DNA from: Bacteroidota bacterium
GTDB taxonomy: Bacteria; Bacteroidota; Bacteroidia; Bacteroidales; BM520
Assembly (NCBI GenBank): GCA_002748065.1
Contig: PDRJ01000025.1
Span: 22,454 to 86,453 of the forward strand
Reading direction: 5' to 3'
Length of the DNA stretch: 64,000 nucleotides
The notes under the pieces were generated by a model. It did no database searches, was not told the origin of the DNA, and saw only the letters and a program-made list of their open reading frames with translations. Positions 1 through 9,800 of the stretch are shown piece by piece. Every line of letters starts with the position of its first letter. The first letter of the stretch is position 1. The translations under genes and the position numbers were made by a program.

Positions 1-15
1 AAAAAATAATAACTA

Positions 16-741
16 TTGAAAGTAACTGTTTATATAGAAGATAAAATAAAAAGATTGCCAAGGGGATATGTTTTTACCTATGAGTGGTTTGATATAGATG
101 TGAGAAAAAAACAAGCCTTAATTAAAGCACTTAACCGAATGGTTGATGCCAAGAAACTTTCCAAATTATCCAAAGGAAGATATTTTAAGCCTGAAACAAC
201 GCCTTTTGGTAATCTTCAGCCAAGCCAGGAACAAGTGGTTAAGGATTTGCTATATAATAATGGGAAAATTGTTGGTTATTTTACGGGATATAGTATCTAT
301 AATAAATTGGGACTTACAAGTCAGGTCAGTAATAGCATACAAATTGGTAAAAATGAAATTCGTCCGGAGTTCAAAAGGGAACGTTATACCATATCTTTCG
401 TAAAACAAAAAAATGTGATTACGAAGAAAAATATTCCGCTGTTACAAATTCTAGATGCTATTCGGTATATTAAAAAAATTCCTGATACAACCATAGAAAT
501 CTCTTGTTTGCGTTTGCTGGAAATTATCAAATCATTAAATGATGATAATAAAAAAGACTTAGTACGACTCTCTTTGAAATACCCACCTTCAACGCGAGCT
601 TTATTGGGTGCGTTATTAGAAGAACTGCAAGAGGGGTCGATAACTGAAATTTTGAGAAAATCGCTTAACTCAATTACGCAATACAAAATCCCAGAAGTAA
701 CCAAGGTTTTAACAAAAAGCAGTGGTTGGAACATTGTATGA
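16..741 (+). CDS. AbiEi-like antitoxin (DUF6088-like, putative transcriptional regulator of type IV TA system)
   Basis: 241-aa ORF directly upstream of, and overlapping, an AbiEii-family gene. The N-terminus IEDKIKRLPRGYVFTYEWF resembles AbiEi/DUF6088 N-terminal wHTH regions. TTG start at 16; in-frame stops at 7-12 exclude a longer N-terminus. Confidence 0.6.
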   Translation: MKVTVYIEDKIKRLPRGYVFTYEWFDIDVRKKQALIKALNRMVDAKKLSKLSKGRYFKPETTPFGNLQPSQEQVVKDLLYNNGKIVGYFTGYSIYNKLGLTSQVSNSIQIGKNEIRPEFKRERYTISFVKQKNVITKKNIPLLQILDAIRYIKKIPDTTIEISCLRLLEIIKSLNDDNKKDLVRLSLKYPPSTRALLGALLEELQEGSITEILRKSLNSITQYKIPEVTKVLTKSSGWNIV

Positions 742-1724
742 AACTTCATTTACATAAAAACTTATTTAGACAAGCAGTGCAATTTACTGCTGACCAAATG
801 CAAATTCCTGTTATTTATGTTGAAAAGGATTATTGGGTAGCTTATGTTCTTTATACTATTTTTCAGCACGAAATCGGAAAAGAAACTATCTTTAAAGGAG
901 GAACTTCATTGTCAAAATGTTACGATCTGATTGAACGATTTTCGGAAGATATAGATTTAGTGGTTCTGAAAAAGGAAACTGATACGAATAACCAACTTAC
1001 AAAAAAGATAAAAACAATTGGTAATGTTGTTAGCAAGGTATTGCCTGAAGTTGAAATAGTCGGTTTAACACATAAAAAGGGAATGAACCGAAAAACGGCA
1101 CATTCCTTCAATAAAGAGTTTCAAGGTGATTATGGACAGGTGAGAGATATAATCGTGATTGAGGCGACTTGGTTTGGACATTATGAGCCTTATACAACCC
1201 GAAAAATTTCTTCTTTGATTGGAGAAATGATGGTAAAAAATAATCAAGAAGAAACGGCAAAAGAATATGATTTACTTGCCTTTCCCGTTTTTGTTTTAGA
1301 GCCGATAAGAACGATGTGTGAAAAGATAATGAGTTTAGTTCGGTTTTCGTATAGTGAAAATCCGATGAGAGATTTAGCGAGTAAAATCAGGCATATATAC
1401 GACTTAAACCAACTGCTGTTAGATCAGGATTTTTTGGGATTTTTTAATTCTGCTGCGTTTGATCAAATGCTTTTGAAAGTGGCGCAAGATGATGTTGTAA
1501 GCTTTAAAAATAATCATGAGTGGTTGCGAAATCATCCGGCAAATTGTTTGCTCTTTGAACATATAGAAAAAGTGTGGGAAGACTTAAAAATAACCTATAA
1601 TTCAGCGTTTAGAAATTTGGTTTATGGTGCTTTCCCTGATGAAAGGGAAATACTAAATACATTATTCTTCTTAAGAAATCGGTTGGAGAAAATTGAGTGG
1701 AGCTTTCATGATATCTTAGGATAA
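738..1724 (+). CDS. AbiEii/AbiGii-family nucleotidyltransferase toxin
   Basis: The motif KGGTSLSKCYDLIERFSEDIDLVV is the GG(T/S)xL...(E/D)DIDL nucleotidyltransferase signature of the AbiEii (DUF1814) family. ATG at 738 overlaps the upstream stop as ATGA (738-741). The ORF track offers a TTG at 726. Confidence 0.8.
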   Translation: MKLHLHKNLFRQAVQFTADQMQIPVIYVEKDYWVAYVLYTIFQHEIGKETIFKGGTSLSKCYDLIERFSEDIDLVVLKKETDTNNQLTKKIKTIGNVVSKVLPEVEIVGLTHKKGMNRKTAHSFNKEFQGDYGQVRDIIVIEATWFGHYEPYTTRKISSLIGEMMVKNNQEETAKEYDLLAFPVFVLEPIRTMCEKIMSLVRFSYSENPMRDLASKIRHIYDLNQLLLDQDFLGFFNSAAFDQMLLKVAQDDVVSFKNNHEWLRNHPANCLLFEHIEKVWEDLKITYNSAFRNLVYGAFPDEREILNTLFFLRNRLEKIEWSFHDILG

Positions 1725-1794
1725 GTTTGTCTATCTTCACTATTTTGTAGTTCGTGATAATTAAGGATATTACAAAGGAGTGATAGAAATTACT

Positions 1795-1860
1795 TAGAGG
1801 CTGTTTGGAAAGTCCGACTTCTTCGTTATGCTTCTCTTCAAAATGGTTGTTTTAGCCCGA
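1795..1860 (+). repeat. Diverged copy (C) of the R1 MITE-like repeat, 5' part
   Basis: tagaggctgtttggaaagtccgacttcttcgttatgcttctcttcaaaatggtt aligns with the first ~65 nt of R1 (tagaggctgtctataaagtccgacttcttcgttacgcttctcttccaaatggtt). Weaker similarity (tcgaatacgttcg) continues to about 1950. Confidence 0.6.
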
Positions 1861-1961
1861 TAGTGTTCCCCCAAGTGTGTCTGGAGGGGCTTTCTTGATC
1901 GAATACGTTCGTCGGGGTTGGGGGTCCACAATAGCTGCTCTTAAGCAGATTGGGTAAGCAT

Positions 1962-1997
1962 AAAGATCCCGGTAATGTACACATTACCGGGATCTTT
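1962..1997. terminator. Bidirectional hairpin terminator between abiEii and dnaK (convergent)
   Basis: Perfect palindrome aaagatcccggtaatgt-ac-acattaccgggatcttt, with A/T tails on both sides, 29 nt past the dnaK stop. Confidence 0.7.
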
Positions 1998-2025
1998 ATA
2001 CATTTGTTAGAGAGGGGGTTAAACC

Positions 2026-3939
2026 CTACTTCACCTCTTCAAAGTCCACGTCAGTGACCTCATCGCCACCTCCCTGAGCTTTTGATTGTGAGGTATCCGG
2101 GTTGGGGTTAGGCTGCTGCCCTCCCTGTTGTGCCTCTTGTGTTGCCTTGTAGATCTCTTCACTGGCAGCCTGCCAAGCACTGTTTAGCTTCTCGCTGGCA
2201 GCGTCAATGGCCGTCAGGTCTTGTGCCTTATGAGCCTCTTTGAGCTCGGCTAAGGCTGCTTCAATGGGCGCCTTCTTCTCTGCCGGAACCTTGTCGCCAT
2301 ACTCTTTCAGCTGTTTCTCTGTTTGGAAAATCAGCGCATCGGCATTGTTGATCTTATCGATTTTTTCCTTCTCTTTCTTGTCCGCTTCGGCATTGGCTTC
2401 CGCTTCCGCTTTCATCTTGTTGATCTCCTCTTCGGAGAGGCCGGAGGAGGCTTCAATACGGATGTTTTGCGATTTACCGGTTCCTTTGTCTTTGGCGGTT
2501 ACATTGAGGATTCCGTTGGCATCAATGTCGAAGGTTACCTCAATTTGAGGGATCCCTCTTGGAGCGGGGGGGATGCCGTCAAGGTGGAAGCGGCCGATAC
2601 TTTTGTTTTGGTTAGCCATGGGGCGCTCCCCCTGGAGGATGTGAATCTCCACAGAGGGCTGGTTATCCGCTGCGGTAGAGAAGACCTCTGATTTTTTCGT
2701 AGGGATGGTTGTATTGGACTCAATGAGTTTGGTGAATACGCCTCCCAGGGTTTCAATACCCAGTGAGAGGGGCGTTACATCCAGCAGGAGAACATCTTTA
2801 ACCTCTCCGGTGAGGACTCCTCCCTGGATGGCAGCACCTACGGCCACAACTTCATCCGGGTTAACGCCTTTGGAGGGCTTCTTTCCGAAGAATTTCTCTA
2901 CCACTTCCTGGATAGCCGGGATACGGGTGGATCCTCCCACGAGAATCACTTCGTTGATATCCGATGCGGACATGCCGGCATCAGCCAGGGCTTTTTTACA
3001 GGGTTCGATGGTGGCACGGATCAATGAATCAGCCAGTTGTTCGAACTTCGCCTTGGAAAGTGTGCGGACGAGGTGTTTGGGAATCCCGTTTACCGGCATG
3101 ATATAGGGAAGGTTGATCTCTGTCGTATTGCTGCTGGAGAGTTCAATCTTGGCCTTTTCTGCCGCCTCTTTCAGGCGTTGCAATGCCATGGGATCCTTGC
3201 GCAGGTCGATGTTCTCGTCTGCCATAAACTCCTCTGCCAACCAGTCGATAATGACTTGGTCGAAGTCATCACCACCCAAGTGGGTATCTCCATTGGTGGA
3301 TTTTACTTCAAAAACGCCATCACCCAATTCCAGGATAGAGATATCGAAGGTTCCTCCTCCAAGGTCGAAAACAGCGATTTTGATGTCGCCCAGCTTTTTA
3401 TCCAGGCCGTATGCCAGGGAAGCAGCCGTGGGCTCGTTGATGATGCGGCGCACCTTAAGTCCTGCAATCTCGCCGGCCTCTTTGGTTGCTTGACGCTGGG
3501 AGTCGGAGAAATAGGCAGGAACGGTGATAACCGCCTCGGTAACCTCTTGTCCCAAGTAATCTTCGGCTGTTTTCTTCATCTTTTGAAGAACCATGGCGCT
3601 GATCTCCTGGGGGGTATATTTACGATCTTTGATCTCCACACGAGGCGTGTTGTTATCGCCTTTGACCACCTTGTAGGGAACTCGGTTAACCTCTTTGGAC
3701 ACTCTGTCAAAGGTCTCTCCCATAAACCGTTTTATGGAGAAGATGGTTTGTTGTGGATTGGTAATGGCTTGACGCTTTGCAGGATCTCCCACTTTACGTT
3801 CTCCATTTTCCGTGAATGCGACGATGGAAGGCGTGGTTCTACGTCCTTCCGAATTTGGAATTACCACCGGTTCGTTACCCTCCATTACAGAAACGCAAGA
3901 GTTGGTTGTTCCCAAATCAATGCCAATAATTTTTCCCAT
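2026..3939 (-). CDS. dnaK: Molecular chaperone DnaK (Hsp70)
   Basis: 637 aa. [24 protein letters not shown] and the full Hsp70 architecture are present. Confidence 0.98.
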   Translation of the reverse strand: MGKIIGIDLGTTNSCVSVMEGNEPVVIPNSEGRRTTPSIVAFTENGERKVGDPAKRQAITNPQQTIFSIKRFMGETFDRVSKEVNRVPYKVVKGDNNTPRVEIKDRKYTPQEISAMVLQKMKKTAEDYLGQEVTEAVITVPAYFSDSQRQATKEAGEIAGLKVRRIINEPTAASLAYGLDKKLGDIKIAVFDLGGGTFDISILELGDGVFEVKSTNGDTHLGGDDFDQVIIDWLAEEFMADENIDLRKDPMALQRLKEAAEKAKIELSSSNTTEINLPYIMPVNGIPKHLVRTLSKAKFEQLADSLIRATIEPCKKALADAGMSASDINEVILVGGSTRIPAIQEVVEKFFGKKPSKGVNPDEVVAVGAAIQGGVLTGEVKDVLLLDVTPLSLGIETLGGVFTKLIESNTTIPTKKSEVFSTAADNQPSVEIHILQGERPMANQNKSIGRFHLDGIPPAPRGIPQIEVTFDIDANGILNVTAKDKGTGKSQNIRIEASSGLSEEEINKMKAEAEANAEADKKEKEKIDKINNADALIFQTEKQLKEYGDKVPAEKKAPIEAALAELKEAHKAQDLTAIDAASEKLNSAWQAASEEIYKATQEAQQGGQQPNPNPDTSQSKAQGGGDEVTDVDFEEVK

Positions 3940-4130
3940 TATACTATTTTTTTAGATTAAACGCTTTTTTTTATGCTTCCTGTTGGTCAAGGATTATGCC
4001 AAAGGATTTACCCCTCCCTTCTCCCGTTATAAAAGGGGGAGGTAGGTTGATCTAAATAGTTGATAAGTAATATTTTATGTGGTTTTTATGAGGGGTGGCA
4101 GCGGGGTGACAAATCGTCATTTTCCCCGCT

Positions 4131-5165
4131 CTATTTGTTGTCAGGGTTGACAAACTTTAACAAGAAGTAGTCTTTCCAAAGGGTATTGGAGGATGTTTCA
4201 CTGAGGTAGAAGGCCCGTTCTTTATCATATCGGGCGGAGAATATACCGATACCGTTCTCAATGTTTGTGTAGGTGGGGCGCTCCTGTACAATGGAGAGAG
4301 AGGGCTCATTAACTTCCATGTAGGTGTTGAACTGCTCTTCTGCAACTTGGAAGGTAAAGACGATCTGTCCGGCATAACGTTTTTCGACCCGTTCTTCCAT
4401 GGCCTCATCGGCATAGGGGATTTCCTTGTTAAGCCACCTCCAAAAGGATTGTGTTACAAAATCGAAGTTCAATTCCTCTCCACCATTGGCGTTGGCAGAT
4501 TTTCGCGTGGGGAAACTTCGCCATACAATGCTTTTCTTTACAGGTATGTCACTTCCTTTCATAACCTCCTCGTAGTTGAAGGTGAGGTAGACCTCATACC
4601 TACGCCCATTTTTGGAAGATAGGATGGAAACCGCCTTGGTGTACTCATTGTCCAATATGTTGATGGTAGGGTGTGTGATATTGTTGATACGGGGCTGTTG
4701 GATTATCATGTTTTCATCCACCAAAGGGGTTTCTGCGGTAATGAGTTTTCCCGTTTTCGGATTGCGGATAACTAACTTGTAGGTATTCTGATCAGAGAGC
4801 ATCTGGTGGGTTACCGCCCGATAGATTTGTTGGGCATCGGAATAGAAGATCCCCTCTTCCTTGTGGTATATGGTGGTGGTATCGAAATCAATTTTTTTGA
4901 TGAAATTTCCTTCGTGGTACTCCTCGATAGAGACCTCTAATTTATGTGGGTATTCCGATGAATCGGAGATACGGGCATAGCTCAGGGCATTACCTCCTCC
5001 TAAAAAGGCCTTGGTAATCTTGATGTAGGAGATGGAGTCGTTGGGGTTTAATAATCCGTAAACGACGGTAATCTCTTTCCATTCGCCAATGGTAGAAACT
5101 TCGTTATCACAGGCTAAGAAGCCCATGGATAGCAGTATGGATAGAAGGATGTAGATTCGTTTCAT
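4131..5165 (-). CDS. Hypothetical lipoprotein (possibly DUF4249-like)
   Basis: 344 aa with a lipoprotein signal MKRIYILLSILLSMGFLAC (lipobox Cys19). I recognise no catalytic motif. The family assignment comes from loose recollection only. Confidence 0.65.
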   Translation of the reverse strand: MKRIYILLSILLSMGFLACDNEVSTIGEWKEITVVYGLLNPNDSISYIKITKAFLGGGNALSYARISDSSEYPHKLEVSIEEYHEGNFIKKIDFDTTTIYHKEEGIFYSDAQQIYRAVTHQMLSDQNTYKLVIRNPKTGKLITAETPLVDENMIIQQPRINNITHPTINILDNEYTKAVSILSSKNGRRYEVYLTFNYEEVMKGSDIPVKKSIVWRSFPTRKSANANGGEELNFDFVTQSFWRWLNKEIPYADEAMEERVEKRYAGQIVFTFQVAEEQFNTYMEVNEPSLSIVQERPTYTNIENGIGIFSARYDKERAFYLSETSSNTLWKDYFLLKFVNPDNK

Positions 5166-5170
5166 GGGGG

Positions 5171-5178
5171 CAAAGTTA
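5171..5178 (-). promoter_or_regulatory. Candidate -7 promoter box (TAACTTTG) for the lipoprotein gene
   Basis: Matches the Bacteroidota TAnnTTTG consensus on the minus strand, only 5 nt from the ATG at 5165. Confidence 0.3.
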
Positions 5179-5243
5179 TAACAAATAGTATCAAAATCTT
5201 GTATATATGAAGAATATACCTAATTTTTGTCCCACAAAAATAG

Positions 5244-6068
5244 ATGATGATGGGTTCTTTATTTGCAGATATTACGAAGGTGACCACCCATGTGCTTCAG
5301 GAGATGAAGTTAAAGGGGGAGAAGATTAGTATGTTGACGGCCTACGATTATAGTATGGCTAAGATTCTGGATCAGGGGGGGATTGATATTATCCTGGTGG
5401 GAGACTCGGCTTCCAATGTGATGGCTGGCTATCATACTACGTTGCCCATTACGTTGGACCAGATGATTTACCATGGGGCTTCGGTGGCACGTGCCGTGCA
5501 AAGGGCGCTGATTACGGTGGATCTTCCCTTTGGAACGTATCAAGGAAACTCTAAGGAGGCTTTAAATTCCGCCATTCGTATTATGAAAGAGTCGGAGGTG
5601 GATGCGGTGAAGATGGAGGGAGGCCGAGAGATTGTAGAGAGTATCGAGCGAATCCTCTCAGCAGGGATTCCCGTGATGGGACACCTGGGCCTAACGCCCC
5701 AATCCATTCATAAATTTGGAACCTATGTGGTTCGAGCTACAGAGGAGGATGAGGCGAACCGTCTCATTGAGGATGCCTTTTTGTTAGAGGAGACCGGTTG
5801 TTTTGCTATTGTGTTGGAGAAGATTCCTGCGGTGTTGGCTGAGAAGGTTGCTAAGGCGGTTAAGATTCCGGTGATAGGCATTGGTGCAGGGCATCAGGTG
5901 GATGGCCAGGTATTGGTACTGCATGATATGTTGGGAATTACACAGGACTTTAGCCCGCGATTTTTACGGCGTTATCACAACTTGAAAGAGGAGATCCTGG
6001 GCTCCGTACGTGCCTATATTGACGATGTGAAGTCGGTTTCATTCCCCAATGACAGGGAGCAGTATTAG
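5244..6068 (+). CDS. panB: 3-methyl-2-oxobutanoate hydroxymethyltransferase
   Basis: 274 aa. [34 protein letters not shown] and the rest of the sequence are typical PanB. Three consecutive ATGs at 5244-5252 leave the exact start ambiguous. Confidence 0.95.
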   Translation: MMMGSLFADITKVTTHVLQEMKLKGEKISMLTAYDYSMAKILDQGGIDIILVGDSASNVMAGYHTTLPITLDQMIYHGASVARAVQRALITVDLPFGTYQGNSKEALNSAIRIMKESEVDAVKMEGGREIVESIERILSAGIPVMGHLGLTPQSIHKFGTYVVRATEEDEANRLIEDAFLLEETGCFAIVLEKIPAVLAEKVAKAVKIPVIGIGAGHQVDGQVLVLHDMLGITQDFSPRFLRRYHNLKEEILGSVRAYIDDVKSVSFPNDREQY

Positions 6069-6077
6069 CGGGAGAGG

Positions 6078-6758
6078 ATGGTGCAAGAGCGTATTCTTTA
6101 TGAGGATAACCATCTATTGGTGGTGAATAAGAGGCCTTCGGAGATTGTTCAGGGGGACAAGACGGGAGATAGGCCCTTGAGTGAGATGCTGAAGGGCTAT
6201 CTCAAGGAGAAGTATGGAAAGCCCGGCAATGTCTTTATGGGGGTGGTGCATCGCCTCGACCGTCCGGTGAGCGGTTTGCTGGTCTTTGCCAAGACGGGGA
6301 AGGCGTTGTCACGCTTGAATGAGGCCGTTCGGAACAGGGAAATGGAGAAGGTTTATTGGGCGGTGGTAAAGGATCCTCCACCCCGGGAGTCGGGCCGATT
6401 GGTGCATTACCTGAGGAAGAATGAGAAGCAGAACAAATCCTACGTGCGCAACCATCCGGCGGAGGGGTATAAGCGCGCAGAGCTAACGTACCGACTGTTA
6501 AACCGCTCTGATAACTACTCCTTGTTGGAGGTGGTGTTGCTGACGGGGCGCCATCATCAGATTCGGGCGCAGCTTAGTGCCATGGGATGCCCCATCAAAG
6601 GGGATCTCAAATACGGTTTTCCCCGCTCTAATAAGGATGGGTCTATCCATCTTCACTCCCGAAAACTCAGTTTTATTCATCCGGTAAAGCGCTGTAGGCT
6701 CTCTTTTGAGGCGCCTCCTCCTTCTGAAGTTGTTTGGGATCTCTTCCCTCTTTCCTGA
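6078..6758 (+). CDS. RluA-family RNA pseudouridine synthase
   Basis: 226 aa with HRLDRPVSGLLVFAKT and GRHHQIRAQL motifs. Confidence 0.9.
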   Translation: MVQERILYEDNHLLVVNKRPSEIVQGDKTGDRPLSEMLKGYLKEKYGKPGNVFMGVVHRLDRPVSGLLVFAKTGKALSRLNEAVRNREMEKVYWAVVKDPPPRESGRLVHYLRKNEKQNKSYVRNHPAEGYKRAELTYRLLNRSDNYSLLEVVLLTGRHHQIRAQLSAMGCPIKGDLKYGFPRSNKDGSIHLHSRKLSFIHPVKRCRLSFEAPPPSEVVWDLFPLS

Positions 6759-6810
6759 GGCTTATGTTGTCTGTCTTTTGAAGAGATATGGGCTTTGTCC
6801 CCATAAAAAA

Positions 6811-6835
6811 AGGCCGGGAAAAAACTTCCCGGCCT
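6811..6835. terminator. Bidirectional hairpin terminator
   Basis: aggccgggaa-aaaac-ttcccggcct, a 10-bp perfect stem preceded by an A-run and followed by tttat, between convergent genes. Confidence 0.7.
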
Positions 6836-6858
6836 TTATGTGATAAGGGCTTCCCCTC

Positions 6859-9800
6859 TTAGCGATTGATAATTACTTTTTTCATGGCACTATTTCCACC
6901 CTCTGTTTGGATAGAAATAAAATAGATGCCATTGCTTAGAGTACTTATATCCAAGGTCGTGGTAACTCCTTTTACTACATTCACGTTCATGACCTTTGTG
7001 CCCGTGGTATTGTAAAGGAGAATAGCAGTTGCTTCCTCTATATTAGCGGTCTCGACGTAGAGCCTGTTTTGTGCGGGATTGGGATAGATCTCCCAGTTTG
7101 CAGTCTCACGTTCATTAATTCCTACACTGCTGTAAACGATTACTTGTTTGGATTCGGAGTAGTGTCCTTCGCCACACTCGTTGATTCCGCATGCACTAAG
7201 CAGGGCAGTCCCTTTAAATGCGGTATTCCACTGTACGGTTGCCGTGGTACTCTCCCAGGAGACCTCTCCTGCTTCGGAAGGAGTCAGGGTGAAGTTGTAT
7301 TCGGTGACCCCTGCGATTTCCTGGATTGTAAATGGAGAGGAACTCTCTACATAGGTATCTACGGAGTCAGCACCCATGGGGGCTGCAGGTGCCAGTGTCA
7401 GGGCTTTTACATTGATAAATAGCATCTCAGATTGCGTATCACCACAGTCGTTGGTGGCGATAATTCGCAATACGGCCTCTCCGCTGAATGCTGCATTCCA
7501 ACTTACGGAAGCCGTGAGGTTATCCGCTTCTACGGTTCCTGCCTCACTGGGTTTAATGCTCCAACGGTAAGAGGAGGCGTTGGGGCTTCCTTCAGAGGTA
7601 TATTGCTCCTGACTGTTGGCACACACTTCACTATTTCCTTCTACCGGAGCCGGCATCTCCGGCCCATCATGGAGGTAAAGGGTGGTGAAGTCGTTTACGT
7701 TACCACAGCCTGAGAAGGCCATTAGAGAGAGTGTTACAGAGCCATTATTAATGTCATTTTCTCCCGGCACATAGGTGGTCTCCAGGGCTGTAGCGTTGGT
7801 GAAGGTTCCGTCTCCGGAGCTTGTCCACTTAACGCTTTCATAATCTGTTCCTGTGGCGAGAAGCTCGAAACTCTCTTCTTCACAGATATGTCCATCTTCT
7901 CCTGCCTCAATGGTCGGTGTTCTCCCGAAAGAGAGGGTCATCTCATCCGTATATTGTTGGGTGTCGTTGCCTGTAACCTCCAGTGTGATAATAACACTTC
8001 CATTTTCCAGATCCTCTTGGCTGGGGGTGTAGGAGGCATTTTCCTGTGTAGCATCGTCAAATGTTCCTGTGCCGGAGGTACTCCACTGTAGTGTGGCGTA
8101 GTTGGCCACTTCCGGTTGTAGGGTATAAGGCTCATTGTCGCAGGCATAATCATCTTCTCCGGCATAAGCGATGGTACGCATCTCCGGAGGAAGGATGATA
8201 AAGTCAAGCCATAGGCAGTCGGAACCTGCCGTGGCCATATAGTCTTTTGAATAATCCCACTTGAAGGTGTGTGCGCCTTGAGAGACGGGTGCCTTAAATT
8301 GAGTCCACTCTTTTTCTCCACTCCACTCTGCTATGACATTATTATCAATATAGAAACGTACGATATCATAGTTGGCTTCCGTGGAAATTTTGTAGTAGAA
8401 AGAGATGGTATCATCTCGTATCACTTCATAGTCGATGGCCATGGAGGTATTTTGATTATCTCCAATGTTGGCGCTTTGGGCAGAGAAACTACCTTCATAG
8501 ACCTCTCCTTCCGTAATGGTCCAGTTGCCTGAGCCTTCAAAATACCAAGGGAAAGAGGAGAAGTCGCCTGTTTCGAAATCTTCAACGGTTATCCCAATGG
8601 TGGAGGCGAAGGTTTTTTCAAACGGATATTCTCCGGTAGATCCATTAAATACGAAATTGGCCAACGTACCGATGGGAGTACTTGCATCGACATGCACGGT
8701 GAAGGTGAGTGTTGTGGACTCTTCCATTTCGATGGGACCATGAGTAGCGGTTGTGTTGTCAAAGGAGATATAGGGCGATGAAGAGGAGAGTTCTGCCATA
8801 ATATCCTGGGAGATGGCATGTCCTATGTTGGTTACGGAGACCATAAGATTTACGGTCTCTCCCGCATCCAGACGGCCATTGCCATTACCTGATGCATCGT
8901 CGATGGCCATTCCATTTACTTGTATGGTGGGTGCATAGGCTGTAATGGAGAATTTGCTTGGCCAGGTATCTGTGCCGTCAGTAGAGAGAAGGTCGAAATG
9001 GATCTTCTCTCCATCAGGAATGTGGGCGGCTACCTCAAAGCTAAAGGCCTCTTCTTCCGTTTGTGAACCCCCTTCGGGAATCGTCTCGAAGGTGGCTTGC
9101 TCATCGGTAATGGTGACGTATTCATTTTCTGATGTGAGCGTTACCACAACATTATTTGCTGCTTCGATTCCCACATTCTTCATGGAGAGATCCATGGTGG
9201 CGCTCTCCCCATACTCTAGGGTTCCATTTCCATTTTCATCATTGAGTACGCTACTTTCGTAGATGACATAGGGGCCTTCCGGCGGAATGCAAGAGATGGT
9301 TTCGTAGATGGTTTGGGTATTGAAGGCAGTGACTACCAGTTTGACATCGCCTGCTTCCAGTTCATTTTCGATGGTAACTTCTCCATTCTCATTGGTATAT
9401 CCTGAATAGACGTGCTCTTCTTGTGAGATTGATACCAGTGCATTTGCAACCGGAACACCATCGGATGTTACCGTGGTTGCGTATGAAGAGCCCAGTAATA
9501 TCACATTATTGCTTACGGTTATGGGAGCTGGAGGTGCGGTACGAATTTGTACAGAGGCATCGCCAAAGAGTACCCATGTTTGGATGGTCTCAAGGTCTTC
9601 GCTTCCTTGTGATTCACTGTACATTAAGACCATTCCATTGGCCGTAATGGATCCAAAGGTGGTTCGTTGTTCATTATTGTTGATTCCACTTCCGGGGTTA
9701 TTGTCATAATCGTATCCACCGATGAGGACATCATTCATATAATCCTGTCCGCGCATGGGGGGTTGCCAGGGCTGTGGGATTGTGGCCATCAGTGTGGCAA

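Larger units (their letters stand above)
1..1750. other. AT-rich segment (probable edge of a horizontally acquired island)
   Basis: By eye, long A/T runs and roughly one-third G+C, versus about one-half in the rest of the window. The segment contains the AbiE pair. Composition changes before dnaK. Confidence 0.5.

Noticed and set aside
1811-1822. GGAAAGTCCG string resembling the RNase P RNA conserved core (GGAAAGUCCGGGC)
   Set aside because: The match ends after 10 nt (it continues ACTTCTTCG). The same string is part of the R1 repeat family, and no RNase P secondary-structure context surrounds it.
3037-3960. 307-aa ORF on the plus strand, antisense to dnaK
   Set aside because: It lies entirely inside the strongly supported dnaK gene. 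The composition is low-complexity with no recognisable motifs, typical of a shadow ORF.
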